Source: an uncultured candidate division Zixibacteria bacterium (GTDB lineage Bacteria; Zixibacteria; MSB-5A5; GN15; FEB-12). From it: a DNA stretch of 64,000 bases. The stretch covers positions 3,584,001 to 3,648,000 of the forward strand of contig OY760907.1 of NCBI GenBank assembly GCA_963664195.1, in the 5' to 3' direction. The translations under genes and the position numbers were made by a program. Every line of letters starts with the position of its first letter. The stretch's first letter is position 1. Below, one piece after another: positions 50,869-61,200 of the stretch. Below the pieces are notes generated by a model, which was not told the origin of the DNA, searched no databases, and worked only from the letters and a program-made list of their open reading frames with translations.

Positions 50869-51566
50869 TGAGCACCATATACAAAGGGTTACTCCTGACA
50901 GGACTCATACTCTGTCTCGGCGGCCAGGCGAATGCCCAAACACCGAAGGGACTCGCCCCCTTGGAGCCGGAGTATGATTTTGGCTGCATTGGAATCGATT
51001 ACCAGGTGTATCATAATTTCGAATTAGTTAACTACGGCAGAGACACGGTTCGGATTTCACAGGTTTATGCCAACTGCGATTGCTCCTTTGTCTCTTTCGC
51101 AGATACGGTTGTTCCTCCTCAGGACACCGTGACCTTCAAACTGACCTTCAACACCAAGGATTTCTACGGTCGTACGCCCAAATCGGTGATTGTGAAGTCC
51201 GATGATAAGACTGCACCCGAATACAAGATCAGCTATCTCAGTACTATCGGACAGTGGTTGCATAGGGTGAGACCAACACCAGCCTCGCTGTTTTACCTGC
51301 CGGTGCATAAGACCAAAACGCTGTCGATCGACAACCTCGGTGCTGCAAAGATATACTTGCGAGACATAGAACCGCTGGATGATATAGTGACTATCGAACC
51401 CAAAGACGACGAGGCCGACGCGGGCAAGAGCCTGAAGATTGAGGTCAAGCCGAGAGACGATCTCCCGGGTGGGACGTTCCAGTCCTGTTTCAGGCTGACT
51501 TTCGACGTGGAAGGGGTCGAGGATCCCCTTTTGATGACGATACCGGTTAAGATAGTCAGATACTAG
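50868..51566 (+). CDS. DUF1573-like Ig-fold secreted protein
   Basis: Signal peptide; YDFG...F...N.G...I..V..NCDCS. Confidence 0.75.
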   Translation: MSTIYKGLLLTGLILCLGGQANAQTPKGLAPLEPEYDFGCIGIDYQVYHNFELVNYGRDTVRISQVYANCDCSFVSFADTVVPPQDTVTFKLTFNTKDFYGRTPKSVIVKSDDKTAPEYKISYLSTIGQWLHRVRPTPASLFYLPVHKTKTLSIDNLGAAKIYLRDIEPLDDIVTIEPKDDEADAGKSLKIEVKPRDDLPGGTFQSCFRLTFDVEGVEDPLLMTIPVKIVRY

Positions 51567-51625
51567 CCGATAGCATCAAGAATACTGAGAGAAATGACAA
51601 AATGAGCCAAACGGCAGAAATTGAC

Positions 51626-51655
51626 TTGACAATATGTCCAGTGGAAAGCTAATTT
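51626..51655 (+). promoter_or_regulatory. sigma70 promoter TTGACA-18-TAATTT with no downstream + strand CDS
   Basis: Direct motif read. Confidence 0.55.
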
Positions 51656-51660
51656 CTCTC

Positions 51661-51779
51661 AGTTGCAGCACACATCTAAATCGATAATCGTCCGCTTGAG
51701 AATAGCGAGGGTGACTCTCTGCTGTCCCTGGGTAGTTTCCTAGCCCCCTCTACCCAACCAGAGTAGCGCCCTCTTTTTT
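51661..51779 (+). ncRNA. Candidate small RNA (about 120 nt)
   Basis: Own promoter; long hairpin GAGGGUG/CGCCCUC with inner UGGGUAG/CUACCCA; U6 tail. Confidence 0.55.
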
Positions 51780-51810
51780 GTCCGGCAACGACTTAGCCCA
51801 ACACGGACAC

Positions 51811-51839
51811 AAAAAAACCGCCCGAAAACCGGGCGGTTT
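51811..51839 (-). terminator. Intrinsic terminator after ferredoxin gene
   Basis: CCGCCCG/CGGGCGG followed by T7 on the minus strand. Confidence 0.85.
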
Positions 51840-51860
51840 CTCTATCTGAAAACGCAGATA

Positions 51861-52046
51861 CTACGCTTTTTCGATGCAATCAACCGGGCAATTCTCTACG
51901 CACTGCGGACCATCATCCTGATCTTCACACTCGTTACAAGTGTCCGGATTGATGACATAGATGTCGCCCTCTTCGATTGATTCGGTCGGACACTCCGGCA
52001 AGCAGAGGCCACAGGCTGTGCACTCATCGGTGATTTTCATTGCCAT
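51861..52046 (-). CDS. 2x[4Fe-4S] ferredoxin
   Basis: CTACGLCLPECP and CNEC...CVENCP; GGAGG RBS. Confidence 0.93.
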   Translation of the reverse strand: MAMKITDECTACGLCLPECPTESIEEGDIYVINPDTCNECEDQDDGPQCVENCPVDCIEKA

Positions 52047-52255
52047 GACGATTTCCTCCAGAATTATGCTCACTCAAAATCTAGTTATCGCTTTCCACGC
52101 GAATATATGCGTTTTCCGTAGGCGAGCAAGTGAATTATTGCATGATTCCAACCATAAATGGTTAGGTAACAGAGAAATAGATACGATTTAGTACGGATTA
52201 CAATCACCGGTAAAACTCTTCACATATAGCGACATCTGTGCGGTCATCGAAGTAG

Positions 52256-52284
52256 AAAGGCCGACCCCTCTAAGGGGGTCGGCC
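52256..52284 (-). terminator. Terminator after the large dockerin protein gene
   Basis: GGCCGACCCC/GGGGTCGGCC followed by TTT on the minus strand. Confidence 0.7.
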
Positions 52285-52336
52285 CTCTGAACAACCGGCT
52301 AGATCGAACCGATGTTCGATCTACCTAAAAACTCGG

Positions 52337-55300
52337 CTACCACGGGCACGGAGGTAGAGGATTCAGGCTAATGAAGAGATGATCGATAAGAACGGTCAAA
52401 TCGGCCATTGTAACCAGATAGTCTGAGCTCAGATCAACATTACCCTCCGGCCAACAATTGAGCGGGTTCAAACTGATGAACAGGTGATCAATAAGAACAG
52501 TAAGGTCGCCCATGGTCACGAGATTATCCGCTGATCCATCGACATTACCGACCGAGGGTCCTGCGCAGCAGCACGGGTCAGGCGTACACGGCTGACCGTC
52601 ACCGACGTAGTACCCGCCGCCCGCCAGACACATGGCCTGCGTAGTGATGGAGCACGAAGCACCGCGGCAACAGGCACCTGTCGGACCCGACTGCTCCTGC
52701 CCGATGATTGTGAATGCCAGGTCTATTGACATCGGCTCCATCGGGTGCATGGGCGGATAGTGCATTTCTGTCCACGGTGTTGGCGGTGGTTCCGGGCCAA
52801 ACGCCCAGACAGCATCGTCGTTCCAGTGATCAAGTGACGTCTTCCACCCGAACATCGGACCCTCTTCGAGCGGCTGAGCCTGAACGTCGAGCCAGTAGAT
52901 CAACGGAGTCTCCTCTGTCCCCTGCTGGATGAACTCCGAGGGATCCAGACGGAACACATACTCCCAACACTGCGTATCACCCATCGGATCGTACATGCCC
53001 TGCGCAGGATCGTACCAGCCCTCGATCAAGGTCGACGGCAAACGGTTGGTAGAAGAACTCACCCGGGTGGAATGTCCTCATCCACAGCAACTGCTCCGGA
53101 ACGCTCCAACCCTCAGGCCCCTGCGGATTGTCGCTGTGGAAGCTAAGCGTAAAGGTTACTGCTCCGGGATCCATACCGGGGAATGTGTCCTGGAACCAGG
53201 AGCCGAAGACGTGAATCTCAGTAATCGGTCCGGTCTTGGTACACAGGAAATCGTCGGCGAGGACAAGAGGCACGGTGGCCATGACATCCATACCGGTAGG
53301 TTCGAGATCAGGACGTTGCGTCCACTTGACGATATCCGGCTCTTCTGTGGCCATAGGTACATGCACCTGGTAGCCGTAGCCGATCGGATCCGTAGTATGG
53401 TTACCGGAAGAATCGTACACGCTTAAGAACGGGTTGTTGGTACCGCTCGTGGTTGTGGTCCAGTGGCCCACGGTCGACGGATTCGGATTGTCGAACTGGA
53501 ACCTGAATGTGCTGAAGATCGCATTGGTGCAACCGGGATCCCACCAGGACACCCACCATTCAGACCCAACTTTGTGCAGCGCATGCATCCAGCCCAGAGG
53601 CTGTATCCAGTTGCTGTAGTTGGCGAGCACGCTGTCGCCGACCTGGACATGGAAGTCACAGCGGCCGAATGCCCCCGGCGCAACATCGTACCAGAAAGTA
53701 GGCGGATGCGTCGGATTGGCGCCGCCCTGGGGCTCACACTCAACTCTATCAAGAGGAGGTATCGGGCACTCGCATACCTCGCAGTTGATAACCAACAGGT
53801 ATGGGCCACCCATCTGATCGTCAGAGCTCGTGATCTTCAGGTATAGCGTTCTACCCGGAGTATGACAGTTGTCAGGATCCTCGCAGTCGTACTGTGCATC
53901 CTGCCCAACCGCATCCGGGAAGACACCGTTGTGGTCGTCGTTGAAGAACAATTGAGTCGAGCAGTCATCGGCGTAAACAGTCAGGTCGGGATTGAGACCG
54001 CCACCAAAAGCGTACTGATCAGGCGTATCGTCCGCGAACACTCGCACGTGCAGACAGTAGCAGGTGTCGTCAGGCAACGTAATCACCCACCAGTCTTCCT
54101 CATCGCCGACAATGTCACCGCAATACGCGTACTCACATTCGGCCATGTCTGCTTCTATGCAACTATTGTTCGGCTCCGACTCATATCCTCCACCAGTCTT
54201 CCCGTCGGGCGGATTGTCGAGACAATCCCACGGTTCCTCGCAGGCATCGTCGATACCGTTGCCGTTGTTGTCACCGAGACACACAGTTCCATCGCCCTTG
54301 TAAATGCCGGCGGCGGCGATACAATCAGCCTCGGTCATGAGCGTGCAGAACAGACCGCCGTCAAGGCAGCAGGCGCCCATCGGTTCGTCCGGACCGCCGT
54401 TAACAACAAATGCAAGATCAAGGTCCTGCTTGTTCTCAGGCTTAATGATACAGGTGTGCGTAATCGTACCTTCAGGAATGAGCACATTCTCGCCCTGGAT
54501 ATCGATGGACACCCATTCCGGGTTGTAATCCGGCACCCTGAAATCAAGCGAGTAATGGCCGACGATATCCGCTCCCTGCACAAGCGTGACCCGGCCAATC
54601 GCCAGCGCTTCATCCACGCCGGGAAGCGGCGGAATGCGCGGATCAGGCTCCGGGTTTCCGACCAGCGACCACCAGTCGGTCGAGTAGTTTACTGCAAACT
54701 CGACATACGACGGCATCCCCGCATCAAGCTTGCCGATTTCGACCTCAATGTGGATATCCTTGTATCGCGTATCAGCGAACGGATGGTCATAGAACCAAAT
54801 GTTCCACCAGCCGGACGGATAGTAATACCATCCGGTGCCGTAAGCATCCGTTCCCCAACCGTCGATTACGACACCGGTCGGATCGATTGTCACGCCAAAA
54901 CCGTTGGATATCGGGTCCGCCACATCTGGCTCATACAGCTCTTCCCACGTCGTGGGTGCGGCCGTTGGGTGCTGCAAACGCAGCGTGCCGGTGGTAATAC
55001 CGGAATAGCCATCCAACGGGCCGCCCGGGGCACCGGAGAACTCGATTTCATAGGTGATATCAAAGAAACTGTCTACCGCAAAATCGCCGCTCGGCAACCT
55101 GGTGAGAGTAGTCGAACCGGGACTGGGCAGCGAGTACGCGTTTCCGGCCCTTATCCGCAGATTGTCGAAATCGGGGTCGCCCAGAACCTCGCCGCTGAGT
55201 GACCACATAACCGTTGCAAACGTCTGTGTAGGGTCGCCGGCCACCCGGGGCGCGGTATGGTACTCCACAAACACGTCCATCGACAGAGCGCGAGAGTAGC

Positions 55301-56156
55301 CCTGAAGGTCCCCCGTTCCGGTAACCACCAGGTCCATTATAGCCTCGAACTCCACAATCGTCCCGCCAAGCGAACCTCCCGGTAGCTCAGATGCATTCGT
55401 GAACGTATGTAGCTGCGGATCGAGCTCGACTGTCGTTCCGGGTGGAAGACCGTCCACTATTATGAACACGTCATCAGGGGCAATATACGGACAGTCAGCC
55501 GGCAATGTGACCGTTCCCAGTCCGTTATCCGGCCCGGCACAAACATCGCCGCTTTCACCAAAAACGGCGTTGTCGTTCCAGTGCTCCAGCGACGATTTCC
55601 AGCCCCATTGTGTCGAAACAGGATCTGCCACGTGAGCAGTAATCGCAAGCCAGTAGACTGTGCCCTGAACTTGCTCGAACCAGTCCTCCTGTGGAAGAAA
55701 AACGTTATAGAGATGATATATCTGGTTGTTGTCCGGCAGTTCCTCGGGAATGAACGGATCGTACCAGCCTTCATACACTCCCGGCGCTATGTCCTGAACC
55801 AGGAAAGCTGAAATCGATTTGGTCCACAACAACTCGCCCGGACTACTGAAGGGAATCGAAGGTGGATCTGCAGGGATATCTGAGTAGATTGAGATCGTGA
55901 AGCTGTCAATGCTTCCCGCATTGTCATCTTTCCACGATCCCCAGAAGTGGATATCCTTGATCCAGCCCGACTCGGAACACGTCCAGTCATCGGCCAACAT
56001 CTTGGGTACAGTAGCGTTTACATCCCACCCCGTTTCGTCAGGAAGCTGCGGAAAGTGCATCTTGTGACCGTCAGCTTCCACCCAGTCTGCCCATGATGCC
56101 GTTGCCGTCAGCCCGACAAGCAGCGCCATCGCCAGCAGGAATCTCAGAGTCCTCAC
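52337..56156 (-). pseudogene. Large secreted modular protein (two DUF7901-like domains, GACC Cys modules, C-terminal dockerin-like pair) with a 1-nt frameshift near 53030
   Basis: GGAGG plus GTG 56156 and signal peptide; repeated ADD..C...G.I..IH..GSW; ...FAVDL continues as IEGWYDP in another frame. Could be an assembly error. Confidence 0.75.
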
Positions 56157-56401
56157 ATTGAACCTCCCATCTGCAACACAGATTCGACGTTTCGCGCCCA
56201 TGCGACAACAACGCTCGGCTTGCTCCCCATTCTCACCGTCGCACCACGGCAACATGGACATATTACAACATTACAGTCATTACAAGCTAAACCCGCAATC
56301 TTGCGGAGTTCGCGATCTGCTAATTGATTCTTGCTTCTATGCGGTGCTGATACATTGTAGTCCGCCGATGCTCACACATCGGTTTGTGGCTCTTATTTTC
56401 A

Positions 56402-56430
56402 ATAATATCACCTGCCGGCATTCCTGTCAA
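56402..56430 (-). promoter_or_regulatory. sigma70 promoter TTGACA-17-TATTAT
   Basis: Near-consensus motif upstream of the gene starting at 56156. Confidence 0.7.
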
Positions 56431-56517
56431 GTTGTTTTGCCACAACGAGAAGGAGGAGTGGGGGGGAAACTGCGCGAGATCGTGGTAATGAGTGTCTACC
56501 TATACTGCTATAATACA

Positions 56518-56641
56518 GAACCTGGCGGTGCGAGCACACAGACACCGCCAGGTTCCTCAAGCCTCGGTCGGGCTCCAGCCCGACCGATATCATGCTCCCC
56601 CTCTGCTGCCCCTCGTGCCAATAGCACGACATCCTCATTTA
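56518..56641 (+). ncRNA. Candidate small RNA or hairpin cluster
   Basis: TGcTATAAT at 56506-56514 followed by three hairpins; no credible + strand CDS. Confidence 0.4.
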
Positions 56642-56823
56642 TCAGTCATAATCAAATGGTGTGCCGAGATTCACACGGCCGCAAATCGTCCACAACTGAC
56701 TGTGTGACGGGAGGTTGACCGCGTCCCGAATTAGACAGAGTTAAGCAATGGGACAAATCACTACAATACCGTCACATACCGGCAGGTCAAATAACCACAT
56801 ACCAGAACTTCAAACGGCCGCGG

Positions 56824-58197
56824 CTAGTCTTTCAGAACGGAGACATCTATGCGATGAGATTTGATCTTCTTCTGAAGGTTCGAGCGATCAATCCCCAACA
56901 AGAGGGCCGCTCGGCTGACATTGTAGCGAGTCTCCGCCAGTGCTCCGATTATTAGCGTACGTTCAAGTGCCCTCAGGCGGGCCGGGAGTGTCCGTTCCTC
57001 CATATCTTCCGGTAAAGGTGGCACTTGGAGAAACTTCTGAACGTCCTCACCAAAGACGATATCTGAATCCGTAAGCGTGATCAGAGATTCGACGGTATCA
57101 AGAAGCTGACGCACATTGCCGGGCCAGTCAAACTCGACAAGGGCTCCCACGGCGCTGCTGTCAAAGATTTTTGGAGCAATCTCCTTTTTGGCAATATAGG
57201 CCGCCGTGAACTTCTGGACCAACAGCGGAATGTCCTCTTTGCGATCTCTGAGCGGTGGCAACATGACTCTGATGCCCTTCAGGCGATAATACAGATCGCG
57301 TCTGAAAGTGCCGCTTTCCACAAGCTGCTCAAGATTCCTGTGAGTAGCACAAATAACCCGCACGTCGGTCCGCCTGATCTCCGGATTGCCAAGTTTAGAA
57401 TACTCGCCGGTTTCGATCACACGGAGCATTTTGCCCTGAGTGGTGATGTCGAGATCGCCGATTTCGTCAAGAAACAGCGTACCGCCGTCAGCGAACTCAA
57501 ACAGACCCATGCGGCCTTCTACAGAACTCGTGTAAGCTCCTTTAGTATTGCCAAACAACTCGGCCTCAATCATGTGTGGCGACTTGTGATTGCAGTTCAG
57601 GATGGCCAGTTGACAGTCCTTGCGCCTGCTACAGCTATGGATGGCCCGCGCAACCAGTTCCTTTCCCGTACCCGACTCACCCAGAATCATGACCTTGTTA
57701 TCACTGTTGGACAATCGGTGGACAGTGCGAAAGACTTCCTGCATGGCTGCCGACTTGCCGTACATCTGATAATTCGCTTCAGCGATACGACTCAAAGCAC
57801 GATTGTCCTGCTTGAGGTCGTTGGCTTCGACGGCATTGCGGACAGATCGTATTAGTTGAGGAATGGACTTGCCTTTCCGGATGTAATCAAAAGGTTTCTC
57901 CTGATCGTCGATCTCGTCTTCCTTGTACTCACCGGCATACCCGGTATGGAAGATAATGGGGACTTCCGCCAGCACCTTGCGGATACGACGCGCCGCCGTG
58001 ATGCCATCAATACCTGCCATTTTGATATCCATAACAACCGTTGCTATATCAGGATGCTGTTCGGCCAGGGCGATGGAGGTGGCACCGTCGGGAGCCACGA
58101 GAACGTCATAATCCTCACTGAACAAGTCACAGAGCGTGCTCAGCACCGGAGGATCATCATCAACCAGGAGTATCTTTGCTCTGCTCTCTCTTTCCAT
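56824..58197 (-). CDS. NtrC-family response regulator (REC-AAA+-HTH)
   Basis: LVDDD, MDIKM, GESGTGKE, FLDEIG, DLYYRL, WPGNVRQL, HTH; GAFTGA motif is GAYTSS. Confidence 0.93.
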   Translation of the reverse strand: MERESRAKILLVDDDPPVLSTLCDLFSEDYDVLVAPDGATSIALAEQHPDIATVVMDIKMAGIDGITAARRIRKVLAEVPIIFHTGYAGEYKEDEIDDQEKPFDYIRKGKSIPQLIRSVRNAVEANDLKQDNRALSRIAEANYQMYGKSAAMQEVFRTVHRLSNSDNKVMILGESGTGKELVARAIHSCSRRKDCQLAILNCNHKSPHMIEAELFGNTKGAYTSSVEGRMGLFEFADGGTLFLDEIGDLDITTQGKMLRVIETGEYSKLGNPEIRRTDVRVICATHRNLEQLVESGTFRRDLYYRLKGIRVMLPPLRDRKEDIPLLVQKFTAAYIAKKEIAPKIFDSSAVGALVEFDWPGNVRQLLDTVESLITLTDSDIVFGEDVQKFLQVPPLPEDMEERTLPARLRALERTLIIGALAETRYNVSRAALLLGIDRSNLQKKIKSHRIDVSVLKD

Positions 58198-58222
58198 ACC
58201 TGCATCACCAGTCGTGTAAAGA

Positions 58223-61200
58223 TTATGCGATCACCTGTTCGAGGGTCAAATCAAAACGGGTAAATTTGCCCGGTTCGCTGCTCACAGTGATCGTGCCGCC
58301 GTACATTTCAATGATCTTGCGTGCGGTCGCCAATCCCAGTCCGGTTCCCTTGTTGGGCTTCGACGAGAAGAAGGCGTCAAACACACGCCCGAGGCTCTTC
58401 TCCGGTATGCCCTGTCCGTTGTCCCGGAACATGATTTTGACGACACCTGATTCCCCGATGGCTGTTGCCAAGATAACAGGCTGGGCACATTCGGTCAAGG
58501 CATCCAGGCTGTTCAACAGAAGATTGTTCAGCACCATGTAGAGCTGCTGTCTGTTTGACTTCACGATCAGACGCTCATCGCAGTTGAGCCGGACGTCAAC
58601 CCGCTGATCCTCGCACCTGACCTGGTTGGCTTCAATCACTTCGTGAAGCACGCGACAGACGTCAACGGTCTCGGGGAAAAACTCGGAATCCAGCCGCGTG
58701 TACAGAGTAATCAACTCAGTGATGTCAATCGCCCGTTCCACAGCATCGGAGGCTGCCCCGGAGTACTTTTCGCAGGTATTTCCCGCCGGAAGATCATTGC
58801 TCGTCTGCATAATCCGCATGAGAGCGCCTTCGGCAGGGAACAGGGCATTTCGAATCTCATGGGCGAATCCTCCGGCTATCTCCTTGGCCTGGCGGTATCT
58901 CTCTGTGTCCGCGTCCCTGGCCTTGGCTTCCGCCAGTTTGCGCTTCGTGATGTCTTCGGTCAATATCACTACCCGGCTGACTTCACCGTGATGATCCATG
59001 ATGGCATAGAAATGTTGCGACAACCATCGTTTCCTTCCCTTGCGTAAGCCGGGCGTCTCGATTTCCGGAATATGCAGGTAGCCGCCCTTCTCATACACAT
59101 CCCTCACACCGTCCATAGCCTGTCCGAGGTACTCATCACGCTCGTCAAATTCCAATCTCTTTCGATCCCGGTGCAAGTAGTCGTCGAGATCGTCGCCCAG
59201 TATATTCCATATCTTTTTCCAGGCGGCATTGTAGCTGAGCAGCCGCCCCGTGCTGCTTCGGACTGAGACGCCCAACGGGGAGTTCTCGATGACAACGCGG
59301 TTGAATTCCTCGCTGGCCTGCAGAGCCTTCTCGGTCCGTTTTCGCTCGGTGATGTCCTGGCCTACCACAATGGCCGTCAACTCGTCTGATCTTTCTGACG
59401 TCAGCACCGATGCTGACCAGAGCACGGTTTTCACTTCTCCGGATTTCGCCCGCACGGTGTCTTCTCGATTAGCTTCCATTCGCGAGAGCACCCACTCCCC
59501 GAACTCGCCAGACGCACCCGCCTCGTCGGCAAACAGGTCGCCCCAGCGTTTTCCCAGGGCTTCTTCCGCGCTGTACCCGGTTACGCGTTCGCATTCCTTG
59601 TTGAACACGGCTATGCGAAGTTGTGAATCAAAGCAGATCACCAGACTGTGTGCGGTACCGAGCAACGACCTGACCAGGTCGCGCTCCCCTTTGAGATCCT
59701 TCTGTGCCTGCACGAAGGATGTGATATCGCGGGCTATTCCTAATACGGATACTATCTCGCCGTGCTGGTTCTTGATCGGTTGAAGAGACGTGCGATACTG
59801 AACGCGCTTCCCGTCAATCTCCGTAGTCCTCTCGTTTATCCGGTGCTCACCGGTGGTGAAGACTTCCGTAATGGCTGTCATGTGTCCGTCGGCAAAGGGC
59901 TTCGGAAAGACGTCCCAGAGAGTCTTGCCCACCAGTCCCTCAGCCTCAAGGCCGAGCCTCTCGGCGGCGATGCTGTTGACGAATAGATACACACCGTTGC
60001 GATTGAGCGTGAATATCGCCTCCCCGGCGCTTTCAACCAGCGTACGGTAGCGCTCCTCACTCTCCCTGAGGGCCTCCTCGGCGCGCTTGCGATCGGTAAT
60101 ATCAATGTCAACGCCGTCAAAATGGGTTACCTCACCCGTATCGTCTCTCTCAGCGCGAATGTATGTTGACGCCCAGAAGTACGTCCCGTCCTTGCGTCGG
60201 TGCTGTGTCTCAAAAGCCTCGACATGTCCATGCTCTCGCAGCAGTCTCAACATCTCGTCGCGGCGTTCCATGTCTGTGTACGTGAGTCCCCAGGAATTCA
60301 TCTCTTCGACAGTCTCGAATCCGAACATCTTCAGCATGGCTGCGTTGACAGATCCAGATTCTCCCTGGGGCGTTGAACGGAATACTCCAACGGGAAGCTC
60401 TTCGAGAAACGTGCGGTATTTCTCTTCACTCTCGCGCAGGGCCTGCTCCACTTCCTTGCGCACGCTGATATCAATGGCCGTGGCGGCCATATAGGCCGGA
60501 TTGCCGTCGCTGTCTTTGATAAGAACACCGTTCATGAGCGCCGGAAAAACAGTACCATCACGCCTGCTATGCCAAACCTCAAGAGAGCTGTAACTGCCGG
60601 TTTCTCTGAGTCCTTGATTGATCTTGTCAACTTCAGCCAACTGCTCCTCGTTGTGGAATAAAGCCAGATTCTTGCCCACAAGCTCCTCCACCCCGTAGCC
60701 ATGCATATCGGCGAAACAGCGATTGATATAGGATATCTCACCCTGAAGGCTGACAATGGCCATCCCGAAAGTAGCATTGTCCGTAGCCGTTTTGAACTTG
60801 AGAATCTCTTCCTTGGCACGTCGTTGCCCAGTTATGTTGAACGCGAAAATCGCAATGCGGCTCATCTCACCGTCTTCGCCGAGAATCGGGAAGACATTGC
60901 CGTCAAGCCACTCCCCGTTCCATTCGTGCTCGCGGCGAATCGCCTTTCGAGTTCGAATCACTTCTTCTAAGTGCAGCCTCCAGGCCTCTATTTCGGACTC
61001 CGGATTCTGAGACTTCACGACCTCCACTACTTGAGCTCCGACCAGTTCCTCAGGCGTTCCTCCCAGAGTGACAGCAGCCGCCTCATTCAAGGTCAGAATG
61101 TTGCGATTCAAGTCCAACAGAATCATGACGTCGTCAGTGCCGTTCATGAGTGCGCGGGCTGTTTCCTCACTATCGCGAAGTGCGTTCTCGCTTCGCTTGT

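Noticed and set aside
53862..55202. 446-aa plus-strand ORF
   Set aside because: Antisense shadow of the large modular protein gene.
56158..56718. 186-aa plus-strand ORF
   Set aside because: Atypical composition; spans promoters and hairpins.
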